A stretch of 64,000 nt of DNA. Source: the human T2T-CHM13v2.0 reference genome, Homo sapiens. The stretch lies in the NCBI RefSeq assembly GCF_009914755.1, contig NC_060926.1. The stretch is one strand, 5' to 3'. A program made the position numbers and the translations under genes. The notes beneath the pieces are model-generated. The model saw only the letters and a list, made by a program, of their open reading frames with translations, did no database searches and had not been told where the DNA came from. Of the stretch, positions 12,400 through 27,403 are shown one piece after another (position 1 is the first letter of the stretch; each line of letters opens with the position of its first letter).

Positions 12400-12570
12400 C
12401 CAGACATTGGATATCTGCTTAATTTTCCCGTATCCCAGTTTTTTCACCTGTACAGTGGGTATTATTATAGTTCCTAATTCTTCAGGACTACTGTAAGGGT
12501 TAGAAAAAATGATACATGTTCACTTCACTGTTTAGAATAGTCTGAGCACGTTGTAAACAATCAATAAATT
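12400..12570 (+). mobile_element. MIR fragment
   Basis: 'cagttttttcacctgtacagtggg...caggactactgtaagggttaga...caatcaataaat'. Confidence 0.6.
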
Positions 12571-13269
12571 GCAGTGATGATTGCCCTTACCTTTTTGCAT
12601 CTCTCCGTGTATCTACAATTGCCTGCTCACTTGGAGAAAGACACTTCCTCCTGGAAGCCTCCTATGACAACTGACCCCCTCCCAGTACCTTCCTGTGAGG
12701 CATGTTGGCTGTCCCTCCTGTCGCTTTCTGTAAAGCTGTGTATGTTCTCTATAGAGTGCAAGCTCCTGTCACATATATTTATTCAGGACCTCCTATGTGC
12801 CAAGCACATGGGGCATAGCAGTGGAAATGACAGGCACCCCGGCCCTGCTGGAACTCACCATCCAGTGAGAGTGGTGTTTAGTTATTCAACAACTACTCTT
12901 GTTCAACAATACATATTGAAAAGTCAGGAATTGTAAGGAGATTTTTGGGGCACTTCACCTTCTTAGAAGTGGGGTTACCGAGCAGCTAACAGAGGCTTGA
13001 GGAAAAAGCAGGAGCTGGCCAGTTGCATTGATGGGGGGGTTTCTAGGCAGAGGGACTAGAAGATGCTGAAGCCCTGAATTAGAAAGGCATGGACGGGGAG
13101 GAGGTCATAATCTTGCCTGCGTTTCTTCCCCCTGGGCAGAGACTGGTCCCATCTGGGGTGTGAGTGTGAAGGCGGGCAGTGGGGTGAGAGCTGAGTGGGC
13201 CCTGCCTGTTGGCTGGGCTTAGCTGCTGCTCTCACAGGCTTACTTTTCCCTGGGCACTTTGAGGGAATA

Positions 13270-13400
13270 GAGTCAGCTGGATCCTCACAACCTTGGTATG
13301 ATTCACGCCCATTTTTAAATGAGGGAAACTGAGAGATGAAATAAGTTATTCTGGTAACCAAGTTAGTAATTTAATGAGAGGCCAGTGGAAGTCTCTCTGC
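13270..13400 (-). mobile_element. MIR fragment
   Basis: 'atcctcacaacc...cccatttttaaatgagggaaactgag'. Confidence 0.6.
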
Positions 13401-13648
13401 ATGAGTATATGATCAGAGATGAAGACTTCCCTGAAATCTGTGAAGCAAAACCAGCTCTCCTCTTTTGGGTAAGAGAAATGGTAATTACGGGAAAATTGAA
13501 AAGTATCCAATGATTTTTCAGCACTTTTTAATCCCCTGAAGTGATCGTCTCGATTCAGAAACAAAACACTTGATTAACAAGGAGGGTTACCACTGCCCCG
13601 AACATATTTGGTATGTTTATTTACGTTCCACCCCACCCACTCCCAAGC

Positions 13649-13676
13649 AAAACAAACAAACAAACAAACAAAAAAC
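13649..13676. repeat. (AAAC)n microsatellite
   Basis: aaaacaaacaaacaaacaaacaaaaaac. Confidence 0.85.
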
Positions 13677-14386
13677 AGAACATCAAAAACTAATACAAAT
13701 CTTTGGAGAAAATATCTCGAACTTTTTGTAAATGAATGGTTACACTATGGGCAGAGTTGTCACTCTTGAAATTCAAGCCGGAAAATCAAAGCAGATTGGT
13801 GCCCAATTTTATGAGAATGCTCTGATTTTCTTCATTTCCTGAGCATATAAACAATATCTTATTGTGTGAGTGCTACTCTTTTGGAATTTAGATACAGAAT
13901 ATCAACTTGACTTTCAGAATGCAGATACTATGTTGTATCATTATCAACAATAATGATGTTTTCCTTCAAGTACTAGAGACATATATTTACATGTGTCCAA
14001 GGAATGAGCTTTAAAAAAAGAGAAGTAGACATTTCATATACTGGCTTTCTATCTTTCCATGTCATAGAAATGAATGAAGGGGAAATATATAAATTAGAGA
14101 GTATAAAGTGTTTCACTGAGAAAAGCCTTTAATCAGAGAGGACAAAATGGATTTCTAATATTGCTAGGCTTATAAAGTGGAATTGTGAATGCTTTGGTTA
14201 ATAAAGTTGTTACTACTTCGAAAGCCAAGTTTTTGGTAGGATTTGAGGCCTAGTTATTTACAGCAATACACATGACATTTGTAACAACTAATATGGTAAA
14301 TATGTGTGTCTCTGTGTGTGAAGAGAAAGGTGATATGCTCATGAAACTGCCACAAGGTAGATTTAAAAAAGCAATATTTTTATATA

Positions 14387-14466
14387 TTAGGTTAGTGCAA
14401 AAGTAATTGCAGGTTTTGCTATTGAAAGTAATGACAAAAACTGCAATTACTTTTGCACCAACCTTT
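14387..14466. mobile_element. MADE1 (Hsmar1-derived 80-bp MITE)
   Basis: 'ttaggttagtgcaaaagtaattgc...gcaattacttttgcaccaacct'; near-palindromic, TA-flanked. Confidence 0.92.
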
Positions 14467-14524
14467 ATATAGTATTTTACTTAACTTAGAGTCATCAATC
14501 ATTTCCCCTGCAACTTAGCAAAGA

Positions 14525-15140
14525 AACTTTATTGTAGATATTTTCAAATACTGTATTTTGGCCTAAAGAACAAGAAAAGAACCCCCCCAATGTGCTCATC
14601 CTCCACATTCAACAGGTTATCAACATTCTTCCAGTCTCCTTTCATCTATTCCAGCCCCACTGTTTTCTGGGATACTTTAAAGCAAATCCCTGATACTACA
14701 TCATTTCACCAATGGATACTCTCTATCTCATAGCTAAAACCCTTCCCCCATTGTAAAAATTAATCTCGATACCATTATTGGCAAAATTAACAATAATTTC
14801 TTAATGTCATCTAATTACCCAGGTCTTAACCAATTGTCCAACATTGGCTCGAAGGTAACTTTTAATCGTGGTTTGTTTGAATCAAGACCCATAAAAGATC
14901 CATACATTGAGTGCATTTCATTGATCTATTAGGTAGTCTTGAAATAAATAGTGACCCTCTCCTGCCTGTCTTTCTACTTACTACCTCCGTTTCATTCTTT
15001 TTTCTTTCCTAACATCAGTTTGTTCAAATCAGCAGGTTATGTCCTGAAGATTGGCACATTCTGGATTTGGCTGGTGGGATCCTCCAGAGTCATTTAGAGT
15101 GCAAACTTATGATACATCTGAGACTTCATTAGATTCTTAT
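14525..15140 (-). mobile_element. Ancient L1 3' fragment (L1MC5/L1ME class)
   Basis: 'ttattgtagatattttcaaata...ttaaagcaaatccc...gtttgtttgaatcaagaccc...tggcacattctggatttggctg'. Confidence 0.55.
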
Positions 15141-15206
15141 CATCAGCAGGGAAACTTCCTAGGAGATTTTTTTTTTTTTATTTTAATAAATCTCTCCCAG
15201 GAAAGA

Positions 15207-15220
15207 CCACCCGGTGGCAG
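15207..15220 (+). promoter_or_regulatory. CTCF-like motif
   Basis: CCACCCGGTGGCAG, one mismatch to CCASYAGRKGGCRS. Confidence 0.5.
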
Positions 15221-15294
15221 TGTTAGGCACAACTTTTCCTTGGGTGAGTCTCCTCAATGCCAGGGACCTTGCCCCTCCCCTGAGTTCTCTATTT

Positions 15295-15430
15295 TCCCGG
15301 TGCCTGCCAGCCACACCAGCGCCTGCGCATGCGCATGCGGAAGGACTAGCTTCCAGCCCGGGGGCCGCTCTGCCTGCCGGGGAGCCGCTCCCTGGGTCCA
15401 CTGGGACCTGGAGTGGGCGTGACTGACGGC
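15295..15430. promoter_or_regulatory. Small CpG cluster with overlapping NRF1 motifs and ETS core; candidate promoter/enhancer
   Basis: GCGCCTGCGCATGCGCATGCGGAAG (15319-15343) contains a perfect TGCGCATGCGCA (15324-15335); about a dozen CpGs over 15205-15430 in otherwise CpG-poor DNA. Confidence 0.65.
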
Positions 15431-18249
15431 TTTGCCTGCCTGGCTGCAGAAATCACTGGCTCTGCTTTGGATTCATTGGTTTAAAAGTATAAGACAGTTT
15501 TTTGAGGATGAAAAACTGAGGGTTTTCCATTTGAGTTAAAATAAGCAGTAAGATTTGCAGAATGTTCCATACAGCAGCCAATTCGATAGAAATTGATGGC
15601 AGCCCGAGTTGTTATTTCAGCCACGACCCCCTTTCCTGCTTCCTCACAAAAGATAACCACCAATTCTGTTACTTTAACCTTCAATCTCTGAGACACTTTC
15701 AGTGCTCATTTTTTCATCCAAATGTCAGGAAAGTCTTGGAACAGTCATCTACATCTTTCCGACACTGCCTCCTTGGAGATCAAAACAGTGACCGGCACAG
15801 CACGGGGACAATGTTTGCTTAGAAGTGTAGTCTACATTAAGGCTGTGGCACCAAATTACTAAATCACACTTAACCTCAGTTTATTCATTTGTAGAATGCC
15901 AACAACAATCACTAAGTAATAAGGACTAAAGGAGCGAATTGCTGTACCTGTCATATAGTCGTTGTTCAATTAGCATTAACATAAAAGCAAGGAAACTCAA
16001 CTTAATTAGATTGGGTCTTCAGAGCTGGAATTCGGCTAATTTCTTGCCATTTTAAAATTTGAGTCATCACACTGAATGAGAGGCCTGGCCTTGGAATGAT
16101 GGAGTAGGGCCACGTGTGTACTTTTGCAAAATTAATGAGGATAAATTAATTCACTAGTAGGTGACTAGTGCACACTGAAGCTCTAAGCTGGATATCTGAA
16201 ATTTGTTAGTTAAAATTAAGTAAGAGCTATTTTACCTGGAGTATTTCCTTCCTTGTAATTTAAAATTAAACCTTCAGCCAAAGCAAGTAACTTTAATTTA
16301 AATGAATTTCAAACTCTACTCTTGCGATTCTATTTCTCTCTGTGTCTTTCTGCCTGTATAGTCATTGTGCATTAGAGCATCTTTGCTGATGAGGTCAGTT
16401 TGCTAAAACGATTTATTTTCTTAACAATTTTGAGTATATTATTTAGACCATTTAAACGGCTTTTAGGGAAATTACTGACAAGCATATTTAAATTCAGAGC
16501 CAGGTCACTATAAAGAAGAAAAAGTGGAAGAAGATAAACACCCTCATTCAACATCCAGAAGCCATAATTGTGGTCATGAATAATCGTGTATTCCTCTAAT
16601 AAATTATTAGATTGTAAGCCAATATATTTTGTACAAAATCATCTTAAACATTTCCAGAAGTAAAAATTCAAAAAAAAAAATCAATCATATGGTTCTTTCT
16701 GTCACATTTTGGGTATGAACTAATTTATTTGATGATATATCAATGATGAGAAGAAAACAGGAATATTTAAGAAATTAATGATATAGTGCCATGAGTACTT
16801 TGCCAACCACTTAAAAATAAGAAGCCAAAATATTAATGGTATAAAATATGTTTATATACATTCAGAATTTTAATGAGATTCTCTTGATATGTTGTGAGTT
16901 AAATGCCAAATTCATCTGCACTTAAGCAGATCATACAGGTATTGAGAATGTGGGTAACATGTATGAAGGCAAATTTAAAACACACATTCCTCAGCTGAAA
17001 AGGTAAAATCATTAGAGATTATTTAGTGTGTGTCCAGAGAAACACAAAGTTAAGACATTTTATGGTTAGCTGAAAAATGCTGTGGTGATTTTTCCATAGA
17101 CACCCTCCCTCCCCATTTCGGCTCTTGCTAGATGATTCTCATTTCTACACTGTAATTTCCAGCTTATCCTAAATATAGACTCTGGATTTCAGCCATCCTA
17201 ATTAAACTGTGAAGTTCTTTTGTAGTGAGCTCTGATGCTTTGGAAATCAATTTCCAAGCTTACACAAGCAGTGTGTGTCACCTTTTTGGTTTTCTTCCCC
17301 TTTATGAATTTATCTGGAGATGGTAAATTTCAAATACTATTTTAGTGGCACATTTGTTCCATTTTTTTGGTCCAGGCTGTTAAAAAATAGTAATAATTAT
17401 AAACTTCCTTCTGTTTTATAGAGATTAATTCATTCTTTCAAAAGTTTCCCACCTTAAAGTACCTATCCCCTTTCCGCACAAAGTCTTTATAGTATAAATA
17501 AAGAAAGTGAGATTAAATTGTTTTTCCTAAGGCTATTTGGAGAAACAAGTATGGGATTCTTTTCTGTTACACAAAATTCATGTTTTTTCTGGACACACAG
17601 CTGTTAGAGATAATGGGATCTTCACTAAGGGAATAGAAAGTGAGAATCAAACACAAACATTTCAGTACAAGCCACTCTACAGGATAAGGCTAAAAGCTGG
17701 TGTGCGGAATCTTGGGTGTTGGCTCAGGAGTACCTGTGTCTTGACAGTGCTCCTCCAGAGCCGGCCTGGCCCCGAGACTGCACCGAGGAGCTGCATGGAC
17801 TCTGAGAGCTCACCTTCTGTGACAATGTGCACACCTTTCCCATCCTGCCTTCTGCCCTTGGAGAGCAGCCGGCTGCAGTCCCTGGGCTGGGATGATTGGA
17901 GACGAAGTTTTCTCTGACTGCAACTTTGAGCAGGGACTAAGACAATGAAAATTCCATAGGAAGGTTGCAAACTATTTTTTAACAAAACCCAGATGTCTAT
18001 ATCCTTTGAAGGTTCAGTTTGAGAGTAATTTTACAAGGACTCTGGTTTGTCTTTTGGCTTCAACTTGCGGAATGTGATTTTACTAGAAGTCTTCATGACT
18101 GTTGTGAGGTGGTTGTAGTGGTGGCTTTCCTTTTAAGTTGTCTTGGAAAGGCAGAAACACCTGAAATAGTCAGTGTGTTTGTCCCAGGGCTTAGGAGGTC
18201 AAGGAGCAAAAATCAAGCACTCTATGAGCTACAGTTGGACTCAAAGTGT

Positions 18250-18430
18250 TTTGCAACCCTGGCTACACATTAGAATACTCGTATGAGTCTTCTGAAATAG
18301 ATGTTAAGTACCTGGGTTTCACATGCTGACCAACTATATCAGTTTCTTTGGGTTGGGCCAAATGTATGAGTAGGCTTTTAAAATTCCCCAGGTGATTTTA
18401 ATTTGCAGTCTGTGTTGTAGATCAGAGTAC
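18250..18430. mobile_element. MER5-like hAT-Charlie fragment
   Basis: 'caaccctggctacacattagaat...ccccaggtgattttaatttgcag'. Confidence 0.55.
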
Positions 18431-18951
18431 TGGTTCCAAACATCGATGTCCACAGCCATGGGGAGCTCTATAGATCTCCAGGTATGTCACAGAAGCCTAA
18501 ACATTACTTTTAATATGCTTTATTTGAGACAAAGTAGTTACTACTTTAGATAGCAATTTTGGAGGGTAGATCAACCAGGAAGGAGGCAATGAGAGGAAAA
18601 TAAATGAAGTACTCAACAGAATGATGCTTCCGTTCTAAAAAGGCAGGGATAATGATTTAGAGGGTTAAGTTTCCTCTATATGGGTCTAAGTTATGAAAAA
18701 ATATATAAAAGAAAGTTTGGTTTAAAAAGATAGAAGTTATAACAAATGTGCTATGCAACATTCTTTTTTCGGTTGATCTCACACTAAGATAAAAATGTTA
18801 CATTTTGCTACTAGATATATGCTATTATAATACTGTCAAGTTAGCATAATGGATTTTGCCTACAAAACGGTCCAGTCTTGAGCTAAGATTTAGCAGATTG
18901 ATACACTTTAAGAAGAAGGAACATTTTCCGGTTCTCATTGTCAGTGTAAAG

Positions 18952-19129
18952 CAGTAGTTCTCAAACTTAAAACAGAATCATCTGGAACTTGTTAAAACAC
19001 AGATTTATGGGGCTCACACCAAGAGTTTCTGATTCAGTGGTTCTGGGTGGGACCCAAGAATTGCATTTTTAACAATTTGTGAATGATGCTGATACTACTG
19101 GTCTGGTGGTCACACTTTGAGAAGCACCG
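18952..19129 (-). mobile_element. MER5A
   Basis: Termini cagtagttctcaaa / tttgagaagcaccg; degenerate 8-bp TSD gtgtaaag / gtcaaaag. Confidence 0.85.
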
Positions 19130-19177
19130 GTCAAAAGCATTAGAATAGTCATTCATAGGTTCATTTTACGTAGTACA

Positions 19178-19590
19178 TGTCTTGGCTCAGGTTCTCTAGA
19201 AATAGAACCTGAGGCAAAAGCTTATATGTGAATGCTTTATTGGAGTATGCAAGCCCTGGGAAGCTTGTGTGAGGGAAAAGGAACATGAAGTCCAGAAGGA
19301 GGGCAAACAGATCTGAGGGTGTGTTATGGTGCTGTGGAGCTGACCTGGAGAGAGAAAGAAAAAAGAATTTACCTACCACCTCTCTCAGATGTTCCCTCCA
19401 CTTCCAAGCTGTGTCTCCTTCCTGTCCAGTTAGTCACTGGAGAAGCCAAGCTCCATAGATATAATCTTGCCAGAGGGCAGTTGGCATGTGCATGGGATCC
19501 TAGGTCTACAGGCTTGGCAGCAAGACTCTGCAAAGCACCAGCCTCTGGGAGGGTAGCTTTTTCCATAAAGGAAAACAAGAGCCCCCACCC
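19178..19590 (-). mobile_element. ERVL-class LTR (LTR33-like)
   Basis: 'tgtcttggctcaggttctctagaaatagaacctgaggcaaaagc...gctttattgg' is a typical reverse LTR33/LTR16 end. Confidence 0.55.
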
Positions 19591-19623
19591 AGAGTAGCAT
19601 ATAAACTGACCCTGGTAAACGAT

Positions 19624-19950
19624 CAGTGCTTCTCAAATTATTTGCTGTGAAAAATATGGTTTTAAAATTGCCACTGGTTCATAGATCCTTGCCCCACTGT
19701 GTCCTCTTGTGCCTGACAGCATGCAGTGCCACATGTGATGTGACTCAGTACATTGGCTCAGCAACACCCAGATCAGCCTAAATCTTGTTCATGCAAGGGA
19801 GTCCACTGCTCACATACACAGATGTCATGGCAACGTCAAGTTGCTGTGAAGATTTGCAAATACTGACTCTCAACTGTTTTTCTGCCCCTTTCTCTTCATG
19901 AACTGATAACAATTAGCAGACCGGGTTGTCTGCAGACCACTCTTTGGAGA
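19624..19950. mobile_element. hAT-Charlie-type DNA transposon fossil
   Basis: Begins cagtgcttctcaaa and ends '...tgcagaccactctttggaga', resembling Charlie TIRs. Confidence 0.5.
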
Positions 19951-19957
19951 GTGCAAG

Positions 19958-22630
<2,673 letters not shown>

Positions 22631-22919
22631 GCAAGTATAGATTATTTTTTATCAAGTTCTCCAGTTATGACTTTGTCTCTTCTTTTATTACAAATATTGT
22701 ATCTCATAAGAAGCAGAAATATCAATTTGTCAGAAGCTTAGCAAATTCAGAAGAGTGCAGAATATAGAGCTATTAAATATATGATTTCCAAAGTTGAAAA
22801 CTCTAGGATATGTAAGTAGTATTTGTTCCAGTAGAGTGGGTTATTGCTTATTTTGTTATTTGCAAATAAAATGCTAAAAATCTCTCTTCTTTCTAACTCT
22901 AATGGAAGCCTAAAGAGAG

Positions 22920-23165
22920 GTCAGCATAGAGGATATAGTAGAGGCTGTGTCTTGGATGTCAAGCACACTTGGGATACAAATTCTGTTTCCATTCTTCGCT
23001 GACTTCCTGGGGAAGATATATTAATCCCTATGAATCTCAGGTTTTTCTTCAGTAAAAATAAGGAGAAGAGAATTACCTTACAGATCACATTTAAAAAGTG
23101 ATGAATAAAAGAGATATCATATAATAAACATATGTCATATCCTCATTGCCCACAAATGTTAGTTC
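22920..23165 (+). mobile_element. MIR
   Basis: 'cagcatagagg...aatctcaggtttttcttcagtaaaaataagg...caaatgttag'. Confidence 0.6.
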
Positions 23166-23590
23166 CTGTCCCCTTGCCTCTATGTGATCTGAATGAGCCT
23201 CCTATTAATGTTTTAGTAATAAGATAATTATCTTTACAGTGGTTTGGGATTAAAGAGAAGACAGGTCCAAAAGTTGGCATTGGCTTTTGGCCATTTTTCT
23301 GCAAAGGACAAATGATGATTGATAAAGGAGAGTCTGAAATAGGGAGAGAATGAGCACTGCTTTGGACAAGCTCTAGGGACTGTGACAATGTGGATTGGTA
23401 TTCAAGATCTGTTAAAAGAAGTGCTCTGGTGAGCCACTTTAGCTTTGGATTGAGATCCTTAAAAGCTACAAATGAAGAGAGATGCCTTTGTGAGGATTGT
23501 ACCTCAATCACTGAAATTGGACTGAATCCCAGAGTATAGGAGTATCCAGGTACCTGTAAAAGCACAATCTATGAAGGCATGTGCTTACTA

Positions 23591-23902
23591 TTTTTTTTTT
23601 TTTTTTTGAGGTAGAGTCTTTCTCAGTGACCCAAGCTGGAGTGCAGTGGCACAATCATGGCTCACTGCAATCTCAGCTTCCCAGGCTCACATGATCTTTC
23701 CACCTCAGCCTCCTGATTAGTTCAAAATACAGGCACGCACCACCATACCTGGCTGTTTTTTTTTTTTTTTTTCATTTTTTTTTGTAGAGACAGAGTCTCA
23801 CTCTGTTGCCCAGGCTGGTCTCAAACTCTTGGACTCAAGTGATTCTCCCATCTCAGCTTCCCAAGGTGCTGGGATTACAGGAATTAGCCACCATGCCTAG
23901 CT
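23591..23902 (-). mobile_element. AluJ
   Basis: Poly-T, then 'cacaatcatggctcactgca...ggctcacatgatctttccacctcagcc', J-type diagnostics. Confidence 0.93.
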
Positions 23903-23916
23903 AGACTGCCTGACTT

Positions 23917-24036
23917 ACCAGCAAGTCTCAATCAGATAAACATTATTTTATTGTAAACAGTAAAAATATGATAAGTTTAGAATTTTTCTGTAAACAGTAA
24001 AAATATGGTAAGTTTATCTGATTGAGACTTGGTGGT
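23917..24036. repeat. 25-bp inverted repeat enclosing a 28-bp direct repeat
   Basis: Arms 23917-23941 and 24012-24036 are 24/25 complementary; direct copies 23952-23979 and 23989-24016 are 27/28 identical. Confidence 0.9.
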
Positions 24037-24549
24037 ATAAGACAGCCTGAACATAAAGCAACAGAAAAAGTAAAAATAAAATGAGCCTATCCAAGAATTC
24101 TGGATATTGGAGTTGTCAGTGACAGATTAATATTCTAAAGCTTAAAAATATAATAAATGAAATTTAAAAATCAGTCGATGGTTTTAAGAATAGAGTAGAA
24201 CCCATAGCTAAAGAGGGAAGGAATAACTTAGATGATAACTCACAAAAAATCATGCAGATTGAAGCACAGAAAGACAAAAAGTTAGAAAGGGGGATAAAAG
24301 ATATATAATTTATATTGTGAAGTTTTAATACATGTTTAATTGGAATCCCACAAGAAAGCGAGGATAAGATAGTACAGAAACAAAAGTTAAAGGGATAGTG
24401 ACTGACAGTTTTTTACAGATTCAAATGTCATCCAATGACTGCAGAATATGTGGTTTTATTGTTAGTTTAAGCTCGCACATACCATTTACATAAATTTCTA
24501 TATTTAGGCCATTAAGCAACATTATCAGTTGGCTTGGGTTAGATTAGAT

Positions 24550-26830
24550 GTATTGGTTATCTACTGTTTTGTAACTAATTACCCCCAAATATTCTGCCTA
24601 ACAATACAAATAGTTGTTGTCTCTTTCTTTTTTGGTAGGTCAACAGTCAGGAAATATATCTTAGCTAGGTGCCTTTAGCTCAAGGTCTTTCACAGAGCTG
24701 CAGTCAAGGTATTGGCCAGAACTGCAGGTATCTTAAAGCTTTTAGGAGGGAAGATTCACTTCCAAGATCACTCGTGGGGCTGTTTAGAGGCCTCAGGTTC
24801 TCTCTGCCTTTTACCAGAGACATAAGTTACTTGTCATGTGGGCCTCTCCATAGGGCACCTCACAACATGGCAGCAGGTTTCTTCAAAGCAAGTGACCGAG
24901 AGAGTGAAAGAGGATGCCCAAGACAGTACAAATTGTCTTCTTGGAGACATGTTTTCAAAAGTGATGTCCCATGAACTCTGTGGCATTCTATGCAATAAAA
25001 ACAAATCACTTAATCTGGCCCACACTCAGAAAAAAGAATCACACAAGGATGTGATTACCAGGAGCTGGATTGGATGGGACATCTTACAAGTTGCCTAACA
25101 CAATGTTCCCTTTGGCCCTTAATCTGTCCTGTCAGTCTCACATGCAAAATACATGTATACCCTCTAAATGGCCATAAAAATCTCATCCTATTATAATCTC
25201 AGCTCAAACTTCAGCATGGTATTATTTGAATCAGGTCCAGCTATGGATGAGGTGCCTCAGGTGTATTTCTTTAAGTATAATTCCTTACGTGTAACTTCTT
25301 CTTATGTGTAAATTTGTGAAATTAAGGACAGAAGTTATCTGTCCCTGCACATATCCAGCATAAGACAAGGATTGAAAAATTGCTATGTTCTTGTTCAAAA
25401 AAGCAAAAAATTGAGACCGTTAAGAACTCATTGGTCCATAGTAATTTTAAAATCTAGTTGTAAAAAAATATTGGAATCTCCTTGATTAGTTCTTAAGGCC
25501 TGGATGAAATTCTCCATGGCTCTTGATTTCATCCTGTAAGTCATCTTTCTTTTTCATGAAATGTAGCACTTGTTTGCAGCTGAGTGGTTTTGTCAGCCTG
25601 CTTCTTGCCAGTAGAATTTTTGGGGTCTGCATGCTCTTTTTCAATTTGTACTCTCTCTGACTGCTTCAATCTAAACTGGTCATTTTTTCTCCTAATATAA
25701 TTATCTCAAAAACTTTGTGGGTCTCCTTAGAATTTCCTTGTGGTTCACTCCATTAGATAATAGCCGTAACTCCAAATCCCTTTTAGATAAGCCCTTAGGC
25801 TTTTTAGAGGCCCTGTTGTTCACTTAAGAGGATCTATGAGGCACACCCTAAATGTATCTAAAGGATCTTTGTGTGACTCAATAGTACTCTGGGATATCAA
25901 CTTTGGACTTTCTGAGGTCTGCAAAGATTTTCTAATTCCACCCTGGGTTTCACTTCTAGACTGTTTTGTTGAATGTGCCCTTGATTTGACCTTCACTATG
26001 AAGCCATTTCTTAACTTAAGCATCACCTGTCTTCCTGAGGCATTGAGAATTCAAATCCAGAAAGTCCTGGTTCCTTTGTGACTAACAGTTCTTCCCACAA
26101 TTTAACTCTCTCCCTTTGCATTTTACCATAAGCAGCAAAAAGAAACTATATGGTATCTCAACAATTTGCTTAGACATCTCCTTAGTTCATTTGACACATG
26201 CTCTACTTTCCATGTTACTGCCAGTGATGTTGCAGACCTATTTATCACAGTTTAACAATGATTTCAGTTCCTTCAATTTTCAATAGCATGTGTGCCATTT
26301 CCTTGTAAATCCTCACTGTCTGTGTCCTCAATATCCACAGTTGTGTTAACAATTTGTTTATAAAAATTGTTGCTTCTCCAATATATTCCAAAAAATCTTT
26401 CCAGATGTTATCTGGTTCCAAACTACTCCCAAATTTTAAGGCATTTGTTATGGTATGACCCCATTTCCAGATACTAAAATATGTGTTATATAGTTATTGC
26501 TGCATAATACCTTACCCCATACTTAGTGTCTTAAAACAACAAACATTTATTATTTTACAGTTTCTGTGGGTCAAGAGTGTGGAAGTGGCTAAGCAGAATG
26601 AGTCCAGCTCAGAATCCCATGAGTCTGCTAATCAAGCTATTTTCTGGGGTTGCAATCATCTGAAGGCCCAGCTGGGGCTAAAGAACGCACTTTGCAGCTC
26701 GCTTTTTGCCTGGCTCAGAAGATCCATTTCCAGACTCACTTACACTGGCAGGCCTCAGTTCCTTGCCATGTGAATCACTGGATGGGCTGCCTGGACCTCC
26801 TCAGGATACAGCAATTGCTAATAAAAGAGG
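24550..26830 (-). mobile_element. MLT1F/G-like MaLR provirus (LTR 24550-25102, internal, partial second LTR from ~26482)
   Basis: Two similar LTR starts ('tgtattggttatctactg...', 'tgtgttatatagttattgctgcataa...') separated by ~1.4 kb of MLT-int-like sequence. Confidence 0.7.
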
Positions 26831-26879
26831 TTTAAGGGGAACCAGAGAACTAGACGATAAAAGAAGTTGGCTAACATGA

Positions 26880-26952
26880 AAGCCCCACCTCCAACATTGG
26901 GAATCACATTTTAACATGAGATTTGGAGGGGACACACATCCAAACCATTTCA
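26880..26952 (-). mobile_element. MST-type LTR terminal fragment
   Basis: 'gccccacctccaacattgggaatcacattttaacatgagatttggaggggacacacatccaaaccatttca'. Confidence 0.75.
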
Positions 26953-27273
26953 GACCCCAAATGTCATTGAGATTGCCTTTGGCCCTTTGTCATGTCTTCT
27001 TCATTTCATGACTCAAGCTGGCATAGTTACCTCTATCAGGGACACTGATAGTCTTTTGGCCGAGGGAAAAGAGATCTCAGAAACATCTCATGTCACTTCC
27101 ATGCACATTTGGCTGAACAAAGCAGGTTACATGGCTTAAGGCCAACATCAACAGTGCAGGAAGTATACTTCCACTGCAGAGTGGAGCATCAAAGGCAAGG
27201 TTGTAAGTTTTAAATAATAATGCATTCTTTCATAGCAAGCCTTAGAGGTTTCAGGGGATTGAAATCATGCAGC

Positions 27274-27403
27274 ATATGTATATATATACATATATACACA
27301 TACACACATATATACAGACATATACACATATATACACATATACACAGATATATACATATATACACATATATAAATATATATACATATATATAAATATATA
27401 TAT
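27274..27403. repeat. (TA)/(CA) compound microsatellite
   Basis: ~130 bp of mostly alternating purine-pyrimidine 'atatatacacatatatacac...'. Confidence 0.9.

Noticed and set aside
23143-23565. 140-aa minus-strand ORF with an acceptor-like 'ttttacag' at its start
   Set aside because: No recognisable homology and it ends in MIR; insufficient support for a coding exon.
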